Positions 12,180 through 25,052 of a stretch of 64,000 nucleotides of DNA are shown piece by piece. Numbering within the stretch: the first letter of the stretch is position 1; the number at the start of each line of letters is the position of its first letter. The notes beneath the pieces were generated by a model. It had not been told where the DNA came from. It saw nothing but the letters and a program-made list of their open reading frames with translations, and made no database searches. Location of the stretch: assembly GCF_964204645.1 (NCBI RefSeq), contig NC_134033.1, positions 6,534,231 to 6,598,230 of the forward strand, written 5' to 3'. This DNA is from Tubulanus polymorphus (lineage: Eukaryota > Animalia > Nemertea). Both the position numbers and the translations under genes were made by a program.

Positions 12180-14340
12180 CCCAGTTGACAACGTGCAATA
12201 CCTTTGTCGAGCTGGATCCTTGTATGAATCCAAACACGAATAGATCAGCATGGTACTGTAGTTTGTCTAAAAGTTTAAGAATTGGGCGCACGATTGTAAA
12301 TAATATCACAGTAATCGAAATGAGGGGCAATAAAGCTACAGTATAACTTGTTTAAGTGAAATGATTTAGTGGCTTTTAAGAGGATTTATCAAATGTTGGA
12401 TTTTTAATGCAAGCGGATCAATATGGGCTGTATAATTCAAATTTTTATCGAGATCAAATCCTAGATGTCTATGGCAGTTAGTTTGTGAGATCGGAATATT
12501 ACTAAGATACAAGGGTGGATGTACCCTGGAACGCTTCGTAAAGGTTATATCGAAACTTTTGTTGGTTTTGAATGTAAGACCCCACTTGGCCGACCATTCT
12601 GATATTTTAATCAGATCCGATTGCAAAATGCTGTTTGAGAAGGATGGGTCATTTAAGTTTACTGGAATAAATATAGAAGTATCGTCGGCATAGAAAAACC
12701 TTGCTCTGAAGATTGTCAGGGAGGTCACATTATAAAAAAGTAGGGGTCCTAAAATTGTGCCTTGGGATATTCCACTATTGATAAAGTGTGGTGGGGTTTT
12801 CTGAGAGTATGTACTACCTACTCGGATTTGCACCTGCCTATTTGATAAATAACTACTGAGGAGATGGGCGACTTTGCCTCGAATTCCATATGATTTAAGT
12901 TTATGAAGAAGTAAAGGATGGGGTATTGTATCGAATGCAGCTGCGATGTCTAAAAAACAGCGCGAACATCGTTATAACGTTCAAAATGCCCGCGGATGAA
13001 TGAGACAATGCTTAGCAATTGGTCAGTAGTAGAATGCCCGGGTAGAAATCCAGATTGATGGCTATAGATAAGATTGTTCGTCAGAAGGTGTCCAAGAAAA
13101 TGGCTAAAAAGGATATTTTCAAACGATTCGACGACCGTGCTTAGAAGTGTGATAGGTCTGTAGTTATTTGTATCAGATTTTGATCCTTTTTTGTGTAAAA
13201 TTGAAATAGCTCCCAATTTCCACGGGTCTGGAAAGATTCCAGAGTCAATTATTTTGTTGAAAAGTGTACAGAGGACTGGGGAAATACTATTAGCAGAGAG
13301 CCTTAGCATTTTTGTTGGTGATTCCATCGAGGCCATTGGCCTTGTTAGGTTCAAGGTCAGAAATGAGTTTAAGGATACCATCTGCAGTGTATGAATAATG
13401 TGAGAGAGGTGTCATTGCATCAAATAATGGAAGGTTTCGCGCGGATGGGTCCGTGTGGTACTTATCTGATAGGATGTTTAGGAATAATGACGCCTTATCC
13501 TTGTCGCTACTGCGAGCACGTTGTTGTAATGATTAATAAGAGGTGGCATATCGGAAGAGAATCTAGTCCCTAGGAGTTGTTTAATCAGCTGTCAGTAGTT
13601 TTTGTCGGATGTCTTAGACTGGTCAAGTTTCGTTAGTATGCTGCTTTTGTGCTGTAATTTTGCAGAGGTGATAAGATTGTTTTACGATAGTTGTTTGGGT
13701 TTTATACTGCAACCAGCGGTGATTTAGCGATTAATTTAGATGGTATACCAGCGATTAATTTAGATGGTATACGTTTTTTATAAATTGATATAAGAATCAT
13801 ATTGAATTGTTCAACCATCTCATTTACATAAGCGAGACCAATACTCCGGCCCAGTTAGTTTCCGGATTTCCAAGTTTAAGTTTTCGATATTTGCCTGGTC
13901 ATATTTCCAGATGGTCTTATGCACAGGACCAATCGGAGATCTACGCATAAAAGTTACGGAAATTAAAAGACTACAAACTGTGGTATGACCGACCAACGGG
14001 AGGTGTAACTTCAGCGGATACTCGACCTGGCGAATCCGTGAAGACTAGGTCAATGCACGAGGACGAATTTTAAGTAACCCGGGTTGGATGGTTTATTGAT
14101 TGATTAAGTGACAGATCACACATAATTTCGTTTAATTCCCGGCCTGGGATCAGTTTAATCAGATTTACACCATAATTTACATTTTGCGTTGACATCCCCT
14201 GTAACAATAACATTTTGGTTTGGGTTGCCTCGAACGCGATTAATTGTGTTTTTCAAACGTGACATATATGCTTTCCGCGCATCAGGTGCGCACGGCAAAA
14301 ACTGACCACCGATTTTTATATCGCTCTCATGTCGCATTGT
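12180..14340 (-). mobile_element. Decayed non-LTR retrotransposon (LINE) ORF2 with APE and RT remnants
   Basis: IVTGDVNAK (APE), NYRPITLLS, QSGF.PGHST.DQL, GISQGTILGPLLF and YADD motifs in broken frames. Confidence 0.88.
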
Positions 14341-14544
14341 TGTAAATTTGAGAAATGATTTTTACATAACTGAAAACTAGAGATTCACGCGGTTTGAATG
14401 TTGCTGAAGTTGTCAAAATCCATCCATCGACAGATGAAATATGATACAATACACATCACGGATAGTTTTTAAAAAAGAGAAAAAAATGACCCAACAATAC
14501 GGGACAAAAGTACCCTAACAAAATGGCGGCTAGCATTTGTAAAA

Positions 14545-17500
14545 TGGTTTATTCAATATTTTGGTTTTGTCGCCCGCGACAATTCATTATTTTGGTTTTA
14601 TCGCCCGCGACAATTCAATATTTGGGTTTTATCGCCCGCGATAATTCATTAATTTGGTTTTATCGCCCGCGACAATTCATTATTTTGATTTTGTCGCCCG
14701 CGACAATTCATTATTTTGGTTTTGTCGCCCGAGACCATTCATTACTTTGGTTTTATCGCCCGCGTCAATTCATTATTTTGGTTTTGTCGCCCGCGACAAT
14801 TCATTATTTTGATTTTGTCGCCCGCAACGATTCAATATCTTGTTTTTGTCGCCCGAGACAATTCATTATTTTGGTTTTATCGCCCGCGACAATTCATTAC
14901 TTTGGTTTTATCGCCACCGACAATTCATTATTTTGGTTTTGTCGCCCGCGACAATTCATTATTTTGGTTTTATATTTTGTTTTTGTCGCCCGCGACAATT
15001 TTCTTTTTTGGTTTTATCGCCTGCGACAATTCAATATTTTTGTTTTATCGCCCGCGATTATTCATTATTTTTGTTTTGTCGCCTGAGACAATTCATTATT
15101 TTGGTTTTATCGCCCGCGACAATTCATTATTACGGTTTTATCGCCCGCGACAATTCATTATTTTAGTTTTGTCGCTCGCGACAATTCAATATTTTGGTTT
15201 TGTCGCCCGCGACAATTCATTAATTTGGTTTTATCGCCCGGGACAATTCAATATTTTGTTTTTATCGCCCGCGACAATTCATTATTTTGGTTTTGTCGCC
15301 CGAGACCATTCATTACTTTGGTTTTATCGCCCGCGTCAATTCATTATTTTGGTTTTGTCGCCCGCGACAATTCATTATTTTGATTTTGTCGCCCGCGACG
15401 ATTCAATATCTTGTTTTTGTCGCCCGAGACAATTCATTATTTTGGTTTTATCGCCCGCGACAATTCATTACTTTGGTTTTATCGCCACCGACAATTCATT
15501 ATTTTGGTTTTGTCGCCTGCGACAATTCATTATTTTGGTTTTATATTTTGTTTTTGTCGCCCGCGACGATTTTCTTTTTTGGTTTTATCGCCCGCGACAA
15601 TTCAATATTTTGTTTTATCGCCCGCGATTATTCATTATTTTTGTTTTGTCGCCTGAGACAATTCATTATTTTGGTTTTATCGCCCGCGACAATTCATTAT
15701 TACGGTTTTATCGCCCGCGACAATTCATTATTTTAGTTTTGTCGCTCGCGACAATTCAATATTTTGGTTTTGTCGCCCGCGACAATTCATTAATTTGGTT
15801 TTATCGCCGGGACAATTCAATATTTTGTTTTTATCGCCCGCGACAATTCATTATTTTGGTTTTGTCGCCCGAGACCATTCATTACTTTGGTTTTATCGCC
15901 CGCGTCAATTCATTATTTTGGTTTTGTCGCCCGCGACAATTCATTATTTTGATTTTGTCGCCCGCGACGATTCAATATCTTGTTTTTGTCGCCCGAGACA
16001 ATTCATTATTTTGGTTTTATCGCCCGCGACAATTCATTAGTTTGGTTTTATCGCCCTCGACAATTCATTAGTTTGGTTTTGTCGCCCGCGACAATTCATT
16101 AGTTTGGTTTTGTCGCCCGCGACAATTCAATATTTTGGTTTTGTCGCCCATGAAAATTCAATATATTGGTTTTATCGCCCGCGACAATTCATTACTTTGG
16201 TTTTATCGCCACCGAAAATTCATTATTTTGGTTTTGTCGCCCGCGACAATTCATTATTTTGGTTTTATATTTTGTTTTTGTCGCCCGCGACAATTTTCTT
16301 TTTTGGTTTTATCGCCTGCGACAATTCAATATTTTGTTTTATCGCCCGCGATTATTCATTATTTTTGTTTTTTCGCCTGAGACAATTCATTATTACGGTT
16401 TTATCGCCCGCGACAATTCATTATTTTAGTTTTGTCGCTCGAGACAATTCACCATTTTGGTTTTGTCGCCCGCGACAATTCACCTTTTTGGTTTTATCGC
16501 CCGCGACAATTCAATATTTTGGTTTTATCGCCCGCGATAATTCATTAATTTGGTTTTGTCGCCCGCGACAATTCATTATTTTGATTTTGTCGCCCGCGAC
16601 GATTCAATATCTTGTTTTTGTCGCCCGAGACAATTCATTATTTTGGTTTTATCGCCCGCGACAATTCATTATTTTAGTTTTGTCGCTCGCGACAATTCAC
16701 CATTTTGGTTTTGTCGCCCGCGACAATTCATCTTTTTGGTTTTGTCGCCCGCGACAATTAACCATTTTGGTTTTGTCGCCCGCGACAAACATTATTTTGG
16801 TTTTGTCGCCCCGGCAATTCTTTTTTTTGGTTTTGTCGCCTGCAACAATTCAATATTTTGGTTTAGTCGCCCGCGACAATTCAATATTTTGGTTTTGTCG
16901 CCCATGAAAATTCAATATTTTGGTTTTATCGCCCGCGACAATTCATTACTTTGGTTTTATCGCCACCGAAAATTCATTATTTTGGTTTTGTCGCCCGCGA
17001 CAATTCATTATTTTGGTTTTATATTTTGTTTTTGTCGCCCGCGACAATTTTCTTTTTTGGTTTTATCGCCTGCGACAATTCAATATTTTGTTTTATCGCC
17101 CGCGATTATTCATTATTTTTGTTTTTTCGCCTGAGACAATTCATTATTACGGTTTTATCGCCCGCGACAATTCATTATTTTAGTTTTGTCGCTCGAGACA
17201 ATTCACCATTTTGGTTTTGTCGCCCGCGACAATTCACCTTTTTGGTTTTATCGCCCGCGACAATTCAATATTTTGGTTTTATCGCCCGCGATAATTCATT
17301 AATTTGGTTTTGTCGCCCGCGACAATTCATTATTTTGATTTTGTCGCCCGCGACGATTCAATATCTTGTTTTTGTCGCCCGAGACAATTCATTATTTTGG
17401 TTTTATCGCCCGCGAAAATTCATTAGTTTGGTTTTATCGCCCTCGACAATTCATTAGTTTGGTTTTGTCGCCACCGACAATTCATTATTTTGGTTTTGTC

Positions 17501-20205
17501 GCCCGCGACAATTCATTATTTTGGTTTTATATTTTGTTTTTGTCGCCCACGACAATTTTCTTTTTTGGTTTTATCGCCTGCGACAATTCAATATTTTTGT
17601 TTTATCGCCCGCGATTATTCATTATTTTTGTTTTGTCGCCTGAGAAAATTCATTATTTTGGTTTTATCGCCCGCAACAATTCATTATTACGGTTTTATCG
17701 CCCGCGACAATTCATTATTTTAGTTTTGTCGCTCGCGACAATTCACCATTTTGGTTTTGTCGCCCGCGACAATTCATCTTTTTGGTTTTGTCGCCCGCGA
17801 CAATTCATCTTTTTGGTTTTGTCGCCCGCGACAATTAACCATTTTGGTTCTGTCGCCCGCGACAATTAACCATTTTGGTTTTGTCGCCCGCGACAAACAT
17901 TATTTTGGTTTTGTCGCCCCGGCAATTCTTTTTTTTGGTTTTGTCGCCCGCAACAATTCAATATTTTGGTTTAGTCGCCCGCGACAATTCAATATTTTGG
18001 TTTTGTCGCCCGCGATAATTCATTAATTTTGTTTTATCGCCCGTGACAATTCAATATTTTGGTTTTATCGCCCGCGACAATTCATTATTTTGGTTTTATC
18101 GCCCGCGACAATTCATTATTTTGGTTTTGTCGCCCTAGACAATTCATTATTTTGGTTTAATCGCTCGCGACAATTCATTATTTTGGTTTTATCGCCCGCG
18201 ACAATTCAATATTTTGGTTTTATCGCCCGCGACAATTCATTATTTTGGTTTTATATAATGTTTTTATCGCCCGTGCCAATTTTTTTTTGGTTTTGTTGCC
18301 CGCGACAATTCAATATTTTGGTTTTATCGCCCGCGACAATTCATTATTTTGGTTTTTTCCCCCGAGACCATTCATTATTTTGGTTTTATCGCCCACGACA
18401 ATTCATTATTTTCGTTTTGTCGCCCGCGACAATTCATTATTTTGATATTGACGCCAGCAACGATTCAATATTTTGTTTTTGTCGCCCGAGACGATTCATT
18501 ATTTTGGTTTTATTGCCCGCGACAATTCAATATTTTTGTTTTATCGCCCGCGAGAATTCATTAGTTTGGTTTTATCGCCCGCGACAATTCATTAGTTTGC
18601 TTTTGTCGCCCGCGACAATTCAATATTTTGGTTTTGTCGCCCGCGACAATTCAATATTTTGGTTTTGTCGCCCGCGACAATTATTTTTCAGTCCAATTGG
18701 GACTTTAGTCCCAGCGGGCTATTGCGTTCACTTTTCGTCCGTCCGTCCGTCCATAGACGGAATCCAGTTATTTTGGGAAGTTTTGAAGACGCTTCAAGGT
18801 AATGTCTTGATATTTGGTTTATACATGTATCTACCCTAGACACATCGTCAGCCCAAAAACTGGCCCTGTCAGATTCAAGATGGCCGACTGGCAGCCATTG
18901 TTGTTTGCCAAAATCAGCACTTTTTAAACATTTTCGAAGTTTTCGTGGGAAATTTTGAAGACGCTTTGATCAATTACCTTGATCTTTCGTTTATATTTGA
19001 ATCTACCAAAGGCCCATCAGCATAAGAAAATTGGGTCGATCTGACTCAAGATGGCCGTCCTATGACCTTTTTAGTGCCCAAAAATGTCAATTTTGGCCAG
19101 AATTCTAGGTCACGTAGCTTCCTACTGGTTTGCCATTTCTCATTGCAATTGCTGATGGGTATTCTTTAGAGAGGGATGTTTTATACCTTGGACAGGTATC
19201 ATTGATCAGCCAATTATGACGCAATTGGCGGCCATCTTGGTGTCATCAGTACTCATTCGTAGGTGGGAAAAAGTTTTTCCACATTAAATTGATACCTAAG
19301 CATATTGTGTTACTATATTCGATTGGAAAGTTGTAGCCCCTAACGTGTTCTATGATTTTGGTGAGTTTCAAGGTCATTGGTTTTTGTATGTGGCCATCAG
19401 GGGGCGTTGAATAATACAATAACTTAGTATTGCTATATTTGTACCAAGGCATATTTTGTTACCATGATCAATTGCAAAGTTGTAGTTCATGACATCGTCT
19501 ATGATTGTGGTGAGTTTTTAAGGACATTAGTTATTCCATATAGTCACCAGGGGGCGTTGAATAGTAGAATGGCTTAGCATTTCCTTATTAGATTGGTACC
19601 AAGGCATATTTTGTTACTATGATCAATTGCAAAGTTGTATTTCATGACATGTACTACGATTGGGGTGAGTTTTAAGGTCATTGGGTTTTGCATATGGTCA
19701 CCAGGGGGCGTTGAATAGTAGAATAACTTAGTATTTCCATATTAAATTGGTAACGAGGCATATTTTGTTATCACAATCGATTACAAAATCATAGCTGCTC
19801 ACATGTTCTATGATTGTGGTGGGTTTCAAGGTCATTGGTTTTTGTATATGGTCACTAGAGGGCGTTATGCATTGAAATTGTTAGATTGTTGAGCATTTGA
19901 AACCACTTCTTAAGTGAGCATGGTGTCCCTGGACCCCTAGTTTGGTTTTGTCGCACGCGACAATTCATTATTTTGGTTTTGTCGCACACAACAATTCAAT
20001 ATTTTGTTTTTGTCGTCTGCGACAATTCATTATTTTGGTTTTATCGCCCGCGACAATTCAATATTTTGGTTTTATCGCCCCGGACAATTCATTATTTTGG
20101 TTTTATCGCCCGCGACAATTCATTATTTTTGTTTTGTCCCCCGTGACAATTCAATATTTTGGTTTTGTCACCCGCGACAATTCATAATTTTGGTTTTGTC
20201 ACCCG
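14545..20205. repeat. 31-bp satellite array with higher-order repeats, interrupted at 18687-19941
   Basis: Unit CGCCCGCGACAATTCATTATTTTGGTTTTGT; variant blocks recur at 571-nt (14716/15287) and 754-nt (16166/16920) spacing. Confidence 0.97.
18687..19941 (+). mobile_element. Helentron/DINE-1-like non-autonomous element inserted in the satellite
   Basis: Sits in a T-run; 5' hairpin GGGACT-tt-AGTCCC, (GTCC)n microsatellite, about 3 internal ~170-180-bp tandem repeats, 3' GTCC-ct-GGAC hairpin then CTAGT. Confidence 0.78.
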
Positions 20206-20591
20206 TGGTTTTGTCGGAACATTAAGTTTTTTGGTCGAACAGTGTGTTAAGGTCGTTTTGGAAATTTACTCGGTCTGGTATATTTTGGATTACTGTGTAT
20301 GTCATTTGTCAGGACATTAAACAGAAGACGACTTAGGATACTACCTTGCGTGACTCCACTAGTTAGACCGTCTCATTCCAAGATGAGGCGTTCCGTTGAT
20401 TTCGGTTACAGGTTTCCGTTCAGAGATAACTGCTGAGCCATTTGGGCGACCTATCATTGATACTGTTTCCTAATAGCCTGTTTAGCAATGGCTGATGTTG
20501 AGCCTTATCAAATGCTTTGTTGAAATCCACCGTTGAACAGGATTCTAAGACTGTGCAGAAAACCCGTTATCGCTGCTTTGCAGCTATATTT
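20206..20591 (+). mobile_element. 3' end of the same HINE family as 4572-5775, contiguous with the 31-bp satellite
   Basis: About 380 bp highly similar to 5410-5775 and to the reverse complement of 38062-38440. Confidence 0.8.
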
Positions 20592-20787
20592 AATAATTGT
20601 TATTTTTTATCATTTAGTTTTACAATTTAAATGAGTTCTTGGCTGTCGGAAACCGTTATCGAGAACCAGGGACAATACAACTCGTCGTTATAACCCTGCA
20701 GGAACATATGGAATGGCTTATTCGAAACAGTTTTCCGCAACACTATTCGTGGTTTCTGGTCTCGTCGCGAAAATGTTATCAATAAGT

Positions 20788-21640
20788 TTAACGATGCGAT
20801 TTTCTGCTTATTTTAACCTGAGCGGTGATTTCGAGATGGCGAGTAGACCAAACGTGTCTGTATCGATAAGTTTTTTTTAGCAGAAGGCGACTCAAACGAT
20901 ACTCATGGTCGTCATCGAAGCCGCATAGAGTGTTGCCGCCATCCATTGAACGGTAAGCGTAGGGAAAACGTGAATCAACAACCACACTTCTGTCGGATCG
21001 TACACGAGCTAGCGCCCCTTTAATTTCATGAAGCTTGTCTGACTTATAACTTGTGACGCGTATTTCACACTTGTCGATTAAGTTAATTTCTGATGGGTTT
21101 AAATCGGTGTCTTGAAATTCGATTATGTCCGTCATTTCGAGAGATAGAGAGTGGATTTCTGGCGAACTCTGGTCGTTTAACTTTACCATTGAGAATAAGC
21201 ATGTCTCGAACCAGCAACTCGATTACGATCATCTGATTTCAAGAGTTTAAAGTCCTGAAACTGAGCAGCAGCCCTTTCAGTCATCTCACGAGGGAGATGG
21301 TCACGAACGAAAAAGTTTGAACCTTTGAGATTTTTACAATATGACATAGCATCAAGCTCCCCTCGTCTCGCCTCGTCTGACGACAATTGGGCGTTTGTTG
21401 CCCGAGCCCATTCGTTGAACTACATCGATAGCAACATTAGATTTTTCTTTCTCAACTGGAATTTTCATATTATTTTGTAAAAAAATTTGTAGCTTTCTCC
21501 TGGCAGTTTCGCCTTCTAATTCTGGCACATTGCAGATAAGCATGTTCTAGCGCATTGAGCGGTATTTGAGATCAACATTCTCGCGTTGGAGTTGCTCAAT
21601 TTTGTTTTCAGCGATCTCCAGACAACGATTCAAGCCATAT
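20788..21640 (-). pseudogene. Decayed LINE ORF1-like gene (coiled coil, RRM/CTD) with possible IMPACT-like C-terminal domain
   Basis: DLKYRSMR*NMLICNVPE...IDVVQRMG...RPIVVR...LKGSNFFVRDHLP is typical of LINE ORF1p; followed by YAYR...GFDDDHE; stops and frameshifts present. Confidence 0.65.
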
Positions 21641-23244
21641 ATAAGTCGTAGAGATCAGTATATCTTTCGTCGTGTAACTGCGGAGGTAAAGGATCATTAT
21701 TTTCATCTCGGTCGATTACATCCGAATCCATAACTAACTTTTTATGATCTGGGCTGATGATAGAGAGATCTGGTGAGCGTGAATCGTGTGGTAATCGTGA
21801 ATCGGACCTGGGGTGTAAGAGTTCATTTCACATAAAATTGAATAGTGTTTAGTTGCAGCGGTCCGGAATTCTACTGCCGTACAGTGATAAGCGTGAAGAC
21901 AAACATATCAATACGAACTGTTCATAGAGATCATATAGAATTCGTATAGAGTTCATACAAAGTAGGCCTATGTATAGCTATATATACGATCACAGAATTT
22001 ATAGTTTTGCAGTTTTACCGGGATAAGCAATTCAAGTACGAACGATCAGCGGAAATTTCAAAAACGTCAGACCTTCATCAACTTTGTAACTCATGCTATA
22101 AACACAGATCCTTGTGACGAAACTAAATTAATCCATAGCTGTGAATTAATGAAAGAAATAGGAGCCTCACTATTACTGCACTTTCATTCCGCCATCTTGG
22201 GAAAAACGTCTCTCTCCTTCTCCCTCTCCGTCTTCCACGTGTATTTGTTTTGTATATACATTTTGATGAATTAACTATGCGTATAAAAAGTCAACCAAAT
22301 AGTATATTTGGTCAGTAGGGGTGAAACGAATACGTTACTTCTGTTGTGGAGAGAGCTAACGCGGCAACTGGCTTGTACCTAAATTTAACCATAACGTACA
22401 TAACATCGTTTCAGCAAAGCCGTGGTATCACCGAGCAATTACCGATATATTCCTAACCTACGCGGAGAGCTAATAACTTACTTCACTTTCGTAATACGTA
22501 GTACCATACAATACTTACGTGATTATTTATTCAGTGAGTGTAATCAAACTGGAGATTCGCATGTATGGACAACGGATAGAAAAATATTAGTATGTTAAAA
22601 TCTCTGAGCAGGTTCTCGGGAAATGAAAAGGAACTAATTTATCCGTAAAATAGCAGGTGAGAAGATCAGAAAATCGTATTAGGATTGCTGCATTCTATTT
22701 TGACTAATTCGATTAATTTCGACAAACTGCTGCATTCTATTGCAACCAATTCATTTATTCCAAACTCTAGTTCGTATTCAGAGATCGACAGTGCCTAGCT
22801 GCACACTTCTTACCAGGTTTAGATCGTCTTCGTTCTATAGCTTATGAAATAACTTAAGATCAGTCTTGAGAATTGATACATTTTCTACTCAACTCATGGC
22901 TCCAAATTCAACTGTTTATTCAACTAATTAATGGAAATGAACTTTACTTATCGTCGTTATTTGAATCCAACTTTAAGAGGACCGGGTTCCACAATTCAGG
23001 GTTAAAATGTGACTATAGATTTATACCCGTAGAACATTGAACATGAATTGATTTTACTCACGAGTAAACTCAGATGGGAACAGGGCATCAGTGCCAGTTC
23101 AATACCTAATTCCAGACTGGTCTATAGTTGTTATATTGGTTAATATAAAGAACTATAGCCAAACGCTTACGACGTATGGAAACACGGAAACATGAGACAA
23201 ACACATAATTTATACCGAGCATTTCCCTGTGTCATGTGCGTTTA

Positions 23245-23765
23245 GGGGCCGTGCATAAAGTACGTACGCTTGACTTCCGGGTATTTTTAACCCCCCTTCC
23301 CCCCTTGTACGCTCATTGTACGTTTTTTATAACCCCCCTTGCGTGCATACTTTTAGGGGTAACCCCCCCGATAAAACAGAATTTTCAGGAATAATGGTTT
23401 AAAGAAGGCAAAATCCACCCTGATTCAACAGAGTTCCTGCTGACGTTGATCAACGATCTTCCATGGCGACGAAATGAAAGACTGAAAGTGGGGAATTCCC
23501 GAGATCCAAATATAATATATTGAATGCAACAAACCCAGGGAGACCGGTTTCGCAATTAAGGCAGAGTTTGCTATACATTAAAGGAAGACAGGTTTACCCA
23601 CAGACATATGTTTCGTGCACAAAGTACGTACTATTAATATTAACCCTCCCCCCTTGAAAAGTTTGTACGTTTTTAGCTGACCCCTCCCCTCCCCCTGTAC
23701 GCTTTCGTACGGATTTTAAGAACCCCCCACCCCCCTACGGACGTACGTGCTTTATGCACGGCCCC
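23245..23765. mobile_element. PIF/Harbinger-type MITE, 521 bp
   Basis: TIR GGGGCCGTGCATAAAG(T/C)ACGTACG, TTA duplicated on both sides; nested in an older inverted-repeat element (about 23157-23840). Confidence 0.85.
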
Positions 23766-25052
23766 TTAAGAGAAATGAGAAGTATGGTTTACGAGATAAA
23801 ACATTGTTTCCATGTTTCCCTATTCGTCGTGTGCTTAGGGCTTAACACGGAAAAAACATCTTTGATCTCGTTTACGTTACAATCCCGTGTTTTCCCCGTG
23901 TCGTGTGCGTTAGGCTTTAGATACTAGTATTAAGTTGAAGCCAGTCTGCGGAACCGGTCTCTGGATTCTAAACGTTTTTACATTTTCATTCAAGATAATC
24001 TCCTGGAATCTAGCACCAATGATGACAGCTCTCATCGTCTGCTGGTGGTTACGCGTGATTCTCGTCTCAGTGGTCAGCGGTTTATCAGATAAACAACCAG
24101 GGCCGGGCTCAACACGATACGAATTCCTCGATAGTAAGCATTTATTCATCGTATGTGCATACGTCCACACATACGTAGATACGTTAGCTATTTCTCACCT
24201 CTGTCTACAATGATAACCATCACTGTAACAAACCAACTTGTTATTACTGATCCATCTTCCGAACTCTACTCCTACTCTCTCCTCAAGGGAAATAATTCAT
24301 CAATTGTCTTTATTTATTTATTTCTTTTCTTCTTTCCTTCTGTCTTTCTCGTTTTCCTCCGTTTTTTTTTCTATATCTATGTAAATGAATACGTTGAAAA
24401 AAAATTTGTAAATTTTATTGCGGTGCTTTACTAGTTGTTATTTTTTCGTATAGTATATATATTTTTATATTCCGTGATATAAACTTGAACTTTAATGCGT
24501 ATCTATTTAGATATTCAAAATAAATGACAATTTCTATCATATGAAATACGTAAGTTCTAAATTCTAACATTCCCAAAGGCTATAAAGATAATGTGTATTC
24601 ATGGAGTCCATTAAGCCGTCTATCGATAACAAAACGCTGCACAAAATACCAGGGGCCGGTTTTGTTTTAACTTTTAATCATTTGGCTTAATCTGATAAAA
24701 CGGTTTAAAGTACGTACGCATTCTCCGGTAGGTAAGTTCACTTAAAACGTCACTAGTTTAGTGCTCAACCTGGATGAAGATAGGCCCAAAGAGCACCTTA
24801 TAACTCCGATTTGATAGTTAAGGTAATCTTTGTTCCCATACCGTTGCTTTTTTCGTGAAACCAACATGCCTGTTTCTGGAAATTACGGTTTAGCTAAACA
24901 ATATCTTTCTACGGGGCACCGGGCATCCCTCTTTGCGGGGTTGTTACGATGTAGTCGAGAAAATGTTTCTATTTGCTGTTTCGTATTAATATCTTGCCAG
25001 GCGGCGGAATCAATGATTCATTGCGGATGACATCATAATCATTTCTTTGCAG

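Noticed and set aside
14523-20225. Many long hydrophobic ORFs (up to 451 aa)
   Set aside because: They are translations of the 31-bp satellite, which cycles through all three frames with few stops.
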